Part shown: piece by piece, positions 40,219 through 51,283 of the stretch
Layout of the letters: the number at the start of each line of letters is the position of its first letter
Position numbering within the stretch: position 1 is the stretch's first letter
Assembly: GCA_040954595.2 (NCBI GenBank)
Contig: CM082582.2
Span: 992,001-1,056,000, forward strand
Direction of reading: 5' to 3'
Length of the DNA stretch: 64,000 nt
Source of the DNA: Balanoglossus misakiensis
Taxonomy: Eukaryota > Animalia > Hemichordata
Made by a program: the position numbers and the translations under genes
The notes under the pieces: generated by a model
Database searches by the model: none
Seen by the model: only the letters and a program-made list of their open reading frames with translations
What the model was told of the DNA's origin: nothing

Positions 40219-41040
40219 GGGACCATTCAGTTTTTACGGTGGGGGGAGGCTGGCAAAATCCAGGGGGTCACTTAAATTTTGAAATCCAAAAGAGGGAGTC
40301 ATCTTTTTTTCAAACGTTTAGGGGGGAGGTCATATACATGTACCCACCGATGCTAACTTTGAGTGGAGTAGCAACAGTAAAATTGGTCCTTTCAAACATT
40401 GAGATAATTTGCTTTTGACTTCATTAAAATGCAACTTTGAGCTACATATTTTACAAAGTTTTCTTATGTGGAAGGGGGACATCCCCTCCCACACCCATCC
40501 CCTTATTTCTTCGCCACATATAGTGTACCAGGGCAGAATACTTGGCATCCCACCCCCACTGATGTTAACTTTGAGTGGCAAAAGTGAAATTTGTCCTCCC
40601 CAACATTAAGTTAATTTGCCTTTGAGTTCATTAAAATGCATTAATTGTATTTTACAAAATTGTCCTACGTACACCCACCCCTTCCACTTTTCTTGTTTTA
40701 CCAATTCTACCAACTATTGTATTGACGTGTCCTTTTAATTTATCCATAGACCTTCTTTATTGCAACGCTATATAATTATACACTTCAAATTATAAATTTC
40801 TTTAAGAAATTTAGAATTGAGGTGTGAGGAGACCCTTTACCTTTATTGCATACAGTCAGTGTACATAAGATAAGGATGGCAAATGTTTTCGGGGTGGGAG
40901 GAGGGTCATCATATTTTGGTCCTGTCAAAGGGGGGGGGGGTCATCATTTTTTTGGTCCTGGTTGAAGGGGGTGTCGGCCTGATTTTGAAAACCAATGACA
41001 CAAACTTTTGCCCCCCCCTCCACCAAAACTGAACAGTCCC
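40219..41040. mobile_element. PIF/Harbinger-like MITE with TTA TSD
   Basis: TTA|gggaccattcagttttt...aaaactgaacagtccc|TTA. It splits a module that is contiguous in the paralogs at ~16700, ~24105 and ~32440. Confidence 0.8.
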
Positions 41041-43049
41041 TTACTAAAGGACGTCAATGTCTGTTTACAGTCAAATGCATTGCCATCAGAAAAAAAAAAT
41101 GCAAACAATTTCTTATGTTTGTAGTACGCACTTTTTGTATATCTGTAAACTGTGTCTCAGTTGTGAAATTCTAAGGAAATTTGTTCCTTGGGTAGAATAA
41201 AGGATTCTTAAACAAACTTAGTCACGAAAGCTAAATGGTTACCTCAGAGAAACTGTGTTAAATTTGGTCATCATTGTTTTAAATCACACAAGACATTCCC
41301 ACAGCTAAGTTACTGCAGCAGTCAGTTTCAACTCAGCTTGCAAATTGGGATCATGTCTTGTGTTCATCGAGACTGTCTGTAGTCGAGTTGACAGTCACTA
41401 CAACTGTATTGCAAATATGGCAGGGTTGGGCAACTCTTCTAATTTACATTTGAACACCTTTTCTGTTTGCGTCAAAATGATGAATAATGTTTCGTTTTCA
41501 AGAATGCCTTAATATGGGCACCCAATACAAGACAACTGCATTGCAAATGGCATTTTCATTCAACTCTCCTGGGTACCTAAAACAATTTCAACATGGTTGA
41601 CATGGCAATATTAGACAACTGTTCTAATTTGCATAATCCAAAATGGCCGCCAAATTTCTCTAACATGTTAATTTCCCATATTTGTTTTAAATGGTGTGTA
41701 ATATCGAATTTGCAGGGTTTCCATTAATATGGGTACCTAAAACAATTTCAACATGGTTGACATGGCAATATTAGACAACTGCTCTAATTTGCACAATTCA
41801 AACACCTGCTGGATAATTTAACTTTTGCCATTCTTGTCCCATGATTGTATGTATTATATCTCATAACAGGCAATTAAGTGTGCTAATTGTCAAGCCAATC
41901 TTAATTATTCATCTGCACCACAAATCAGATGCAAGGTTTAGGACTGGGAGTGTATGTGGGAGCAGCATATAGGGGCCTACAGGTATCTTTAATGGCAAGT
42001 CCTCGGTTAAAGCCAGAAGGTTTTCAGGTTGTAGGCCTCTATTGTATCTGCAACAGTTTCTATCACCTCCATCCCACTGGCCGGCACCCGAGGGGGGAGG
42101 GGGGTACTTGAAATTTTTTCGGATGGTAGTCTGTCGCCCCAGTCGATAACATCAACACGTGTAAATGCCCAAAACCCGACCTATTTGTATTATAAGTCAA
42201 ATTTTCTGGTCATTTACCCCAAGTTTTTCTTAAAGACTACATACCTATACACCTTTGTATGGGAGAACACATCCCCCACCCCCCTGCCAACACTAATTGG
42301 ACAACTTTATTCTTGTTATACTTCTTTATAAGTCTAAATGTTCAGTAAGAAAAGGCAACAAGTTATTGAAGCTGCTGACCATGGAAACTATGATGAAGTA
42401 TATTTTTTTCCTAGCTGTACATGTACAGTATAATTGGCCCAATGTACCAATTGGAGATGTGTGCCTTACAAGCAACACAGGTTGTATATCCAAGCCTTGT
42501 CTGTTGGCACTATGAAGGGTATTGGAAGAATGTCTCTGCTGGCCACTTTGGCCAGCCACTTTTGGCCAGCAGACTATCAAAAGGGTCAAGAAAATAGCCC
42601 TAAAAGGTATGGCACTGTATGCAAATCTAGTGCAGGAGTGGATTGATACATTTCCCATCACTGTACATGCATCATCCTGTATGGATGATATGTACTCTAG
42701 CATTATGCACCAGATAAAAATGGTCAAAATTGCAAAAAAAGGAGATGAAACTCCCACTGGCCTTTAACGCAATCCATAGATAAAGAGACAACATGTTCAG
42801 GCATTGGATCTAAACATGGTGGATACTGACGAGGGTGTGGTGAATGATGGTGAATCCCTGGATGTTTTGAGGTCGGAATTCTGAAAAGGATTCCCATCGT
42901 GAGTTTGAGGAACAGGATGATGCAGAGGGGCTGGCTCTTTGTGACTCCTATCAGTGGGGATAGACATATATTTGGGATACAGAGGTTGCACTTCCTTGCT
43001 TCATGATTAGTACGGTAACACTGCCAAATTTGCAACACAGTTGTATTGT

Positions 43050-43587
43050 TAAAGGTACCCATATGAATGTGCTAATCCTGAAAATACGATATTGCGCATC
43101 ATTTTGGGAAACATGGCAAAATTTCACTTTTAGTGGTGATTGGCGGCCATTTTTGAATATGCAAAATAGAAAAGTTGCCAAACACTGCCATATTTGCAAT
43201 ACATAACCAATATGGATGCAAATCCTGAAATTTTAGATATTACACATAATTTTGAGAAAAAAGGGCCAAGTTTTATTTTAGAGAAGGTATTTGGCGGCCA
43301 TTTTTGATCATGCATATTAGAAGAATTGTCCATCCATTTTGGCAACTCAGCTGGAATAGGTCTAGGCTCCCATATGAATGCCAATAAGCAAAAAACTTCA
43401 TAGGAAAGAAAATTTCTAGGTAGGAAAATTTTGACTCAACTTCTGGTTCTAATAATAGGTGTAAGGATGTGATCGTTTGATTTTGCAACATTTTACAATT
43501 TCAAGCTGTGTGTATTTAACTCTGGTGCAATTCTGGTTGGAGAGACAAATGGTTTAAGCCATTTAATTGAAAATATAGCACTACTTC
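43050..43587. repeat. Diverged extra copies of palindrome-arm modules (160-bp unit and module M)
   Basis: ggcggccatttttgaatatgcaaa resembles the 160-bp unit; ttttgcaacatttta.aatttcaagctgtg matches 24005/40117. Confidence 0.6.
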
Positions 43588-43843
43588 ACCAGGGTTGTGC
43601 AGTACCTTTGACAACGCTTTGAACAATGTTGCAAAAAGCTTTGTGTTGAAGCTTGCTACAAGACTTGGCGTGCTGAAGCCTCTTATACTAGTCTTAGTTG
43701 AACCTCAGCTGTAACTCCGTTTGTGAAACCTTAACATTCAAATCTTTGGCCAAAGTTAGTGTTGCAAAGCTTCTTCAAAGTTTTGTGAACCTCAACAATG
43801 CTTTTCTATAGAAACCTTTAAACATGCGGGGGGGGGGGGGGGG

Positions 43844-44047
43844 TGTAGTATTCTGACAGCTACGATCAATATAGCGCCCTCTAGTGTTGCATTGTTGGTG
43901 TTCCACTTGTTTATGAATTGCTGTACGACGTCACTTCCGCCCAGATAAGGCGAAGCACATTGTTGAGTCTTTTCAGCCGATCAATAAATAGGTTGTTGTT
44001 ATACCTTATGATCGCATTATTATTCCCATGTTGATGGAAACATAACA
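43844..44047 (+). repeat. 5' LTR
   Basis: tgtagtattctgacagc...aataaa...ggaaacataaca. Confidence 0.95.
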
Positions 44048-44061
44048 TGGTGGCAGCGGTG
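44048..44061 (+). promoter_or_regulatory. Primer binding site, tRNA-Leu
   Basis: TGGTGGCAGCGGTG directly after the LTR, complementary to the tRNA-Leu 3' end CACCGCTGCCA-CCA. Confidence 0.85.
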
Positions 44062-44157
44062 AACGTGAGTGATCAGATGTAAGCAGACTTTACACAGTAT
44101 CGACTACACAAGACACCAAAACTACAGAAGAAAAGACCATCGAACTGACCTGACAAG

Positions 44158-44961
44158 ATGGCGGCCGCACTACAAACGCCCTTCACAGCCCCAAAGATGG
44201 AATGGGACGCGCCAGATCTAGCAATAGCCTTCAGTCGTTTTCGTCAAAAATGTGAGTTAACATTTAAGACAGCACTTAAAGATGCTAATGAAGAGAAAGC
44301 TAGCTACATACTTCTATGGTCCGGTGAACCAGGTCTTGACAAATACAACAGTTGGTCGTTTGAAAATGAAGACCAGCGGAAAGACCCCACAGTACTATTC
44401 GACAAATTTTCCGAACACTTAGAGCCGAAGTCGAATCATCGCATACATAGATACCAATTCCAAGATATGAGACAAGACCCTGGAGAACCAGTTGATGATT
44501 TCTTTTCGAAATTGAAAAATGAAGCCGCCAAATGCAAATTTGGGGATACAAAAGAACAGGAAGCAAGACTCGTAGATCAGTTGATATGGGGGATCTGTCA
44601 CCAAGAAATACAGAAGAAACTTATTGGGCGTGATGAGAAACTGACCTTGAAGGAGGCGCTCGATATAGCTAGAGGTCACGAAGCCACAACAAAACACATG
44701 AAAATGCTCACAAATTGCCATATTGCTAATCCTGTGGATAGCAAAGCTGTCAACACAGTAAAAAGGCAGCCCAACAAGACACACCCCAAACAATGTAAGC
44801 ATTTCGGAAAAAAGCATGACACCTCAGTGAAAAGTAACTGCCCAGCATATGGCTCGAAATGCCGAAATTGTGGGAAACCTAATCACTGGCAGGCGGTATG
44901 CCGTTCCAAAACCAGCTCAAGCGAACCGAAGTCAGAGACGAGGTGGAAAACCAATCCATAA
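44158..44961 (+). CDS. gag: Gag with tandem zinc knuckles
   Basis: 267 aa. The second knuckle CRNCGKPNHWQAVC is intact; the first reads CKHFGKKH (Cys to Phe). Confidence 0.9.
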   Translation: MAAALQTPFTAPKMEWDAPDLAIAFSRFRQKCELTFKTALKDANEEKASYILLWSGEPGLDKYNSWSFENEDQRKDPTVLFDKFSEHLEPKSNHRIHRYQFQDMRQDPGEPVDDFFSKLKNEAAKCKFGDTKEQEARLVDQLIWGICHQEIQKKLIGRDEKLTLKEALDIARGHEATTKHMKMLTNCHIANPVDSKAVNTVKRQPNKTHPKQCKHFGKKHDTSVKSNCPAYGSKCRNCGKPNHWQAVCRSKTSSSEPKSETRWKTNP

Positions 44962-47959
44962 TTTGACACGCTCGAGCAGCAACATGCATCAAATAGATGA
45001 TGAAGTCCTAGATGTTGGAACTATCGAAATAAATGCATTGGACAACATCAACAGACAAGAAGAAATATACACGAAACTGACAATCACACAGAGCGAAAAG
45101 AAAAGGAAAGTAGCACTGAGATGCAAGATTGATACCGGTGCACAGAGCAATATACTGCCCCTCTGCCTTTTCAAGATCATATTTCCAGAGAAACTGGATA
45201 AACACGGAAATCCAAAACGCGGGCACTTGAAGGAAAATAAAACAATCCTTACCGCATATGGAGGTTCCAAAATCAAACAGCTTGGCACCATCGTCATTCC
45301 ATGTGAACATAGAGAGAGGAAAATCAGATGCCTCTTCTATGTAACTGACGCCGCAGGCCTAGCCATTTTAGGGTTAAAGGCAAGCAGAGCCTTAAACCTG
45401 ATACAAATAAACTGTTCAGTAGAAGCCATACAAGTGCAGGCGAGCCCAGAGTGCAAGACAGCACAGCCTGGAAGAAATGTGGAAGTGGAAAAGAGAAAGA
45501 TGAACGAACAGAAGCCAGCAGGAAGAAACAGAAACCCTGCAGATGACTACATAGACAGTAATACACCCATCAGGGACCGCCCTCCCATAAAGAACAAAGA
45601 ACAGTTGCTGAGGATGTACCCTGATTGCTTTGACGACGTGGTCGGATGTTTTGAAAACTACACATACCACATCACTCTTGATCCAGAAGTACAACCAGTA
45701 GTACACCCTGCCCGCAGAGTTCCATTAGAACTAATGGATAGACTCAAAACCGAGCTGCAGGAGATGGAAGATAATCAAATCATCGCCAAAGTGAACCAGC
45801 CTACGAACTGGGTCAATTCTCTTGTTGTCCGGGAGAAAGACAATGGAAGACTTCGCATTTGTCTGGACCCGAAGGACTTGAACAAAGCCATTAAAAGGGA
45901 TCATTACCCTACACCCACATTGGAGGAGATTACCCCAAAGTTGGCAGGCGCAACACTTTTCAGCAAGCTAGACGCGCGGAACGGATACTGGAATGTAAAG
46001 ATCGATGAAGAATCATCCTTCCTGACGACCTTTAACACACCATATGGCCGTTACAGATTCCTACGAATGCCATTTGGGCTAAGGATGAGCCAAGATGTGT
46101 TTCAATTCAAAATTGATGAAACATACAGAGAGTGTGAAGGTGCAGTCGGCATTGCAGACGATATACAAGTCTTAGGATCAGGAGAGCGACACCATGACCT
46201 GCATCTACACGAAGCCATGGAACGAACCAGGAAAGCAGGCATTAAACTGAACAAAGAGAAATGCTACATCAAGACAAAAGAATGTAGTTTCTTTGGCATG
46301 TTATACACAGAAGACGGAGTTAAACCCAACCCAGAAAAGGTCAAGGCGATAGAGATGATGCATCCGCCTAGAGACAAGACCGAACTGCGCACATTCCTCG
46401 GAATGGTGAACTACATGGGTTCATTCATACCCAGATTAGCTGAACACACAGCACCACTGAGAGAGCTCATCAGAGACGACACTGAGTTTGAGTGGTCTCC
46501 GACACACACAAAGTCTTTCAATATGATCAAGGACCTGATCAGCACAAAGACTACACTTGCTTACTACGACCGTAAGAAGCCTGTCACTCTACAAGTCGAC
46601 GCATCGGGAAAGGGAATCGGAGCGGTGCTCATACAGGAACAGAGACCTATAGCATTTGCGTCCAAGGCCCTGACACCAGCGGAAACCCGATACGCCAATA
46701 TAGAAAGAGAACTACTCGCGGTAGTCTACGGATGTGAGAAGTTTCGCACATATCTCTACGGCAGAAGTTTCATAGTAGAGAGTGATCATCGACCGTTGGA
46801 GCAAATTCAGAGGAAGAATTTGACCAAGGCACCACCCCGATTACAGAGAATGCTGTTGCGCATACAGCCGTATGATTTCACCATACACTACAAGCCAGGC
46901 AAACAGATGATACTTGCCGACGCACTATCTAGACTGTCACCACAAGATCAGAACGAAATCAGTGACATGAAAGTCCAGATACACCACCTGGTGAAGATCA
47001 CACCAATGAGACAGATGGAGATCAAAGAAGAAACTACCAAAGATGAAATTCTTCAATTATTGATCCAGCAAGTCCTGAAAGGATGGCCAGATAGCATCAA
47101 GGACATTCACGCTGATATTCGACCCTACTGGTCTATTCGAGACGATATCGCTATCGAAGATGGTATTATCCTGATAGGCAGCCGACTCCTCATACCAGCA
47201 GTAATGAGAGATGAAATGCTACAACGCATTCATAGCAGTCACCTGGGGATCGAGAAATGCAAGCTGAGAGCCAGATCCAGCGTGTACTGGCCTGGAATTT
47301 GTAAAGATATAGAGAGACTAGTAACAGGATGCAACGCGTGCCAGAAATTCCAGAATTCCCAGCAGAAGGAACCGATGATTCCAATGGAAATTCCACCACG
47401 ACCGTGGCACACAATTGGAGCAGACCTATTCTACGTGAACCAAACATGGTACATGATAGTTGCTGACTACTACTCCAAGTTCCCCTTCATTAGGAAACTT
47501 GAAGACCTCAGAGCCAGTACCATTATGAGAGCCCTCCGAATTCTATTTGCAGAGCAAGGAATACCCGAGAAACTAGTTTGTGACAACGGATCTCAGTTTA
47601 CAGCTAGAGACTTCCACAGCCTAACTGAGAAGTATGGTTTTGCGATAGTCACATCATCACCATACTATCCCAAAGGGCACGGTTTTATCGAGCGACATGT
47701 ACAGACCGTGAAGAACATCCTGATGAAGTGCAAAGAGTCCGGAGATGATCCGAATCTAGCATTGTTGGCACTTCGCGCGACTCCATTGAAGTCCAACATA
47801 CCATCACCAGCTGAGTTGCTGAACAGCAGAGCATACAAGACAACTCTCCCAGCCAAAATTCACCCAGCAAGAAACGGGGAGGAAGTTCGTCAATACCTGA
47901 CATCTCAACAGCAGGCCCAGACTTCCAGCCACGACCAGCACTCCAGACAACTACCATAA
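44849..47959 (+). CDS. pol: Pol: protease, reverse transcriptase, RNase H, integrase
   Basis: IDTGA protease; LRICLDPKDLN/RMPFGL/IADD RT; VDASG/ESDHRPL RNase H; HSSHLG..C..C and DDE (GADLF, CDNGSQF, IER) integrase. Confidence 0.95.
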   Translation: MARNAEIVGNLITGRRYAVPKPAQANRSQRRGGKPIHNLTRSSSNMHQIDDEVLDVGTIEINALDNINRQEEIYTKLTITQSEKKRKVALRCKIDTGAQSNILPLCLFKIIFPEKLDKHGNPKRGHLKENKTILTAYGGSKIKQLGTIVIPCEHRERKIRCLFYVTDAAGLAILGLKASRALNLIQINCSVEAIQVQASPECKTAQPGRNVEVEKRKMNEQKPAGRNRNPADDYIDSNTPIRDRPPIKNKEQLLRMYPDCFDDVVGCFENYTYHITLDPEVQPVVHPARRVPLELMDRLKTELQEMEDNQIIAKVNQPTNWVNSLVVREKDNGRLRICLDPKDLNKAIKRDHYPTPTLEEITPKLAGATLFSKLDARNGYWNVKIDEESSFLTTFNTPYGRYRFLRMPFGLRMSQDVFQFKIDETYRECEGAVGIADDIQVLGSGERHHDLHLHEAMERTRKAGIKLNKEKCYIKTKECSFFGMLYTEDGVKPNPEKVKAIEMMHPPRDKTELRTFLGMVNYMGSFIPRLAEHTAPLRELIRDDTEFEWSPTHTKSFNMIKDLISTKTTLAYYDRKKPVTLQVDASGKGIGAVLIQEQRPIAFASKALTPAETRYANIERELLAVVYGCEKFRTYLYGRSFIVESDHRPLEQIQRKNLTKAPPRLQRMLLRIQPYDFTIHYKPGKQMILADALSRLSPQDQNEISDMKVQIHHLVKITPMRQMEIKEETTKDEILQLLIQQVLKGWPDSIKDIHADIRPYWSIRDDIAIEDGIILIGSRLLIPAVMRDEMLQRIHSSHLGIEKCKLRARSSVYWPGICKDIERLVTGCNACQKFQNSQQKEPMIPMEIPPRPWHTIGADLFYVNQTWYMIVADYYSKFPFIRKLEDLRASTIMRALRILFAEQGIPEKLVCDNGSQFTARDFHSLTEKYGFAIVTSSPYYPKGHGFIERHVQTVKNILMKCKESGDDPNLALLALRATPLKSNIPSPAELLNSRAYKTTLPAKIHPARNGEEVRQYLTSQQQAQTSSHDQHSRQLP

Positions 47960-48301
47960 TTGCTGACAGGTCAACAAGTCCATGTACAAAACCCAATCAG
48001 CAAAACATGGAGTCCAGCGAGAGTTGTAGCCCCAGCAAACACACCTAGGTCCTACACCGTGAAGTTAGACAACGGGAAACAAATGCGACGCAACAGGATC
48101 CACCTGAAACCAGTCAGCGCAGAACTGAAACCAGCACAGACAGGGATGGATCAACACAATATTGCACCAGCAGTCACAGAGGGAACACCGCCTCAACAAC
48201 CCGCAACGCCAGCGTCACCAGCCCAAGAATCGTTGAGATCAACACGAACCAGAACAAATATACAAAAGCCGTCTCGATACAAAGATTATGTGACTGATTG
48301 A
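47960..48301 (+). pseudogene. Integrase C-terminal region cut off by an in-frame TAA
   Basis: Same frame as pol; QLP*LLTGQQVHVQ...WSPARVV...PRSYTV...RRNRIHL is a typical Gypsy integrase tail. Confidence 0.85.
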
Positions 48302-48520
48302 TAGCTTTTTCTGATATTGAGATACGCCATTTGTTCCACAGAAAGTTGAGTTATACAGAGGAAAATTTATCACATTTTTCCCAGAGTATTTTTCATGTTC
48401 GTTGAGTTTGATTTTGACAAAGACTGATTCAAGATGAATGCAGAGTTTGCACAGGACAATTCACAGTGACATTCGTATTCAAAAAAAGTTTTGAAACAAT
48501 TTATCTTAAAGAAGAGGGGA

Positions 48521-48724
48521 TGTAGTATTCTGACAGCTACGATCAATATAGCGCCCTCTAGTGTTGCATTGTTGGTGTTCCACTTGTTTATGAATTGCTG
48601 TACGACGTCACTTCCGCCCAGATAAGGCGAAGCACATTGTTGAGTCTTTTCAGCCGATCAATAAATAGGTTGTTGTTATACCTTATGATCGCATTATTAT
48701 TCCCATGTTGATAGAAACATAACA
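48521..48724 (+). repeat. 3' LTR, preceded by polypurine tract aaagaagagggga (48508-48520)
   Basis: Direct repeat of 43844-44047. Confidence 0.95.
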
Positions 48725-50140
48725 GGGGGGACACCAACATCGTAGTCAGTGAGGTCATCTATGGTGGTGGGCGCGTCTTCCACTCGGCACTCCTCCGCGC
48801 ACGCTTGGGGGATAAAAAATGCATCAAAAACCCCTGGCGCGTCCTCGCTCCCCCTGCGTCGATGGATTCTGTGCGACTGCTTCCGCCCCCGTCCTCTCTG
48901 GTTGCTGTGTCCGGATTGATGATGTTTTCCGGTGAGGTCGGATTTCCCGGAATTCTTCCTGTCGTGATTGGGATACCCACCTCAGCAGTATGCTAAGGAC
49001 ACGCCAGTGGATGAGAATCGCTGGTGTGGTGGGGGAGCTCAGTCGGAACCTGTTCGGCACCTCCCACCCCTGGAAGACGCACATGCGCTTCATCATCACC
49101 ATGGACTCCGGTGAACAAAAGGATTCCGTAGGGATCCGTCCAGGTCCGCCCCTGCGGATATAGAAGTCTAGCAGGTCGGGTATTTCATTTCCTGGACCAC
49201 ACAGCCAGTATAGGTGAGTTTCTCTAACGCCTCCACCGCGTCCCGCTCGCGGAATACTACCGGCTTCTCAGTAAAAATAACTGGAAGGTGGCACTGAAAG
49301 GCGTGTTTCTTCAGTTTGCGCGTGGACCTCCGGCCTCCCGGGAACGGACATGGAGAAGGGCCTGATGAGTAATGTGGAACAGAGGATAGGGGGCTCCTTC
49401 GGGCCGGCCTGGCGCTCCTCCAGCGGCGTTCGTCTTCTTTGGGCGGTTCCGGCGTCGGATACCGGATCGGTGATCGACGTCTGGGGCTGAGATCTCCCCA
49501 GCGTGAAAAGGATGGTCGTTCACGGGAAGGTGGGCGGTCCCGCCTTTCCTCTCGAGAACGCTCCGGTCGCGGCGACCGGGTTGGGGATCTGGACCTAGTA
49601 GGGCTGCCGGGGTGGCGTCGAAGTTCCCAGGGGATTAGATATTCCCCCGCCTCCAACGTCGCCTCCAGCTCCAATGGGTTGATCAGTGACTGCAGCGGCA
49701 GCATTTCTTGGCGTGGGGGTGATGGCTCCTACAGCAGCCGTTGGTTTCCCCCGTCTCTCGCTACTGCTATTGGGGGTGATACACGGGTGCGGGGTGGGTC
49801 TGGCCCTTCCGACACCTCCATCGCCTGGTCCTTGTCGCCACCGAGTACCTGTTTTTCCAGCTGCGGATCCCGGAAGATGCTCAAAGTTTCCTCCAGGTCG
49901 TCAGCTGCGGTGGTGGTTCTTGTGGGCTCTTGCGGGGAGATATGGCCAACGAATCCCCCACGTACGCGGCCTGGATTGAACTCCCGAGGTAGTGTGCAGG
50001 TTTTTATGGCTGCGTCGGATGGTACGGGCAGGTTGGCTTCGGTCTTTTCCTTCCCGTATACATGCATGGCCTCCTCCCGTACCGTGGACATCCATCCTAT
50101 GTCGCCTAGAACCGTGGCTACTTGACAGTTCTCACGGAGC
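48725..50140 (-). pseudogene. Degenerate GC-rich long ORF: RS/P-rich region, C2H2-like motif, possible start of a TatD-like domain
   Basis: ORFs 50140-49729 and 49704-49168 are in frame across a stop. Motifs CPFPG.RRSTRKLKKHAFQCHLP, HWRVLSILL and PGVFDAFF. Sharp GC step relative to the flanks. Confidence 0.5.
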
Positions 50141-50166
50141 ATCAGGAACAGTATTTTATGTCTTAC

Positions 50167-50373
50167 CTCCACTTCAGTTGTCGCTGTTGTATTTAATGTG
50201 GACGATGTTTTATATCTGTTGATAACCAATGGGCCTAGTTTAACTGTGGCACCTACATCCAGTGGCAGTGCTGTTTTCTCACCCCAAAGGTTGACTTCAG
50301 CATCTCTTGTGCCATCAGTTATGGTCAGTTTACGTCTCTTTGTAGAATTCGATGTATGTGTCACTGATTCATA
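50167..50373 (-). CDS. Exon encoding an OB-fold (RPA-like ssDNA-binding) segment
   Basis: actacag|YESVTHTSNSTKRRKLTITDGTRDAEVNLWGEKTALPLDVGATVKLGPLVINRYKTSSTLNTTATTEVE|gtaaga; phase 0-0. Confidence 0.7.
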
Positions 50374-50790
50374 CTGTAGTGGAAATAAAATGGAAAACAT
50401 TGAATGTTAATAATTACGAGTAGTAAATGTTGTGGAGAAATAGTGCAAGAGTGGTTGTTTTTTGTCAGTTGCTTTTTAAAATTTGAACTGCAAAATGATG
50501 AATCGATGGCAGTAATTTTGACCCGAGGTGAGTTGACAAGGCATGGTTGTATCATATAAATGGATTTTCAATGTACGTGATCGCATGGAGGCTGCCATAT
50601 TGGATTACATCCGAAGACCTTCCCATTGGGCTTCGGTTGAATTCGGGAAAGGTCTCTAAAATGTAATGGGTCATTCAATTTTGTAGAGTAAATTTCTAAA
50701 AATGTAGAAGATGGGAGGTTAAGATACCCAAAATGACTACGGCAAAAAAAAAGTCAGGCCCATAAGTTACGGGGTGCGATTATAACGTAC

Positions 50791-51060
50791 CTTTGCTCTA
50801 TCATAGAGGCAAATGGTATTATCTCTTCCAGTGGAAAAGTTGCGGAGCTGTACGTATTCTCCCTTCTGTAATCTGTTCAGCCACTTCGGATTTTCTTTCC
50901 AGAATTTAAGTTCCAGAACGTTGCCATCCTGCTGCATACAAGGCACGCTAAACAGTTTCCCGTTGGCGGAATTCCGGATCTCGACATCCTCCATGAGGCG
51001 CAATTTCAGTGCCACGCCTTGGCTGGTTGGGGATGAGGGACCGGGAGCCGGGGATGCCAT
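50791..51060 (-). CDS. Exon encoding an N-terminal OB-fold-like segment
   Basis: Acceptor ttttcag| at 51073, ATG at 51060, MASPAPGP...LELKFWKENPKWLNRLQKGEYVQLRNFSTGRDNTICLYDRAK|gtacgt; phase 0. Confidence 0.6.
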
Positions 51061-51283
51061 AACGCCGTTAAACCTGAAAAATAGATTGAGAGTGGATATT
51101 GTTTTACACAATTTTTGAACATTGAAGTAAAGTATTAGAATGATGGAGTCCGATAAAAAAGTGAGTTGGTGATTGCGGCATCCGACTTCGTTATTAAAAA
51201 TGGAAAGATTTGCGATTTGAGATTCGGTTACCATTTGCAAGTTTGAAAGGAAATATTTCATTGAAGCACAGTGGCAACTACTG

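Larger units (their letters stand above)
31311..42477 (-). repeat. Right arm of ~27.6 kb inverted duplication
   Basis: Reverse complement of 14832-25015, plus arm-specific insertions at 36748-39093 and 40219-41040. Confidence 0.92.
43844..48724 (+). mobile_element. Full-length Ty3/Gypsy LTR retrotransposon (Mag-like), recently inserted, coding-disabled
   Basis: 204-bp TG...CA LTRs (43844-44047, 48521-48724) differing at 1 site by eye. PBS, PPT and gag-PR-RT-RH-IN order present. Flanked by G runs (TSD inside poly-G). Confidence 0.97.

Noticed and set aside
42480-43000. Possible coding remnant right of the palindrome
   Set aside because: Short interrupted ORFs with no motif I can identify.
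44300-47996. Antisense ORFs within the Gypsy element
   Set aside because: Shadows of gag/pol codon usage with no recognisable motifs.
49439-50125. 228-aa plus-strand Gly/Arg/Ser-rich ORF
   Set aside because: Antisense shadow of the GC-rich minus-strand degenerate ORF.
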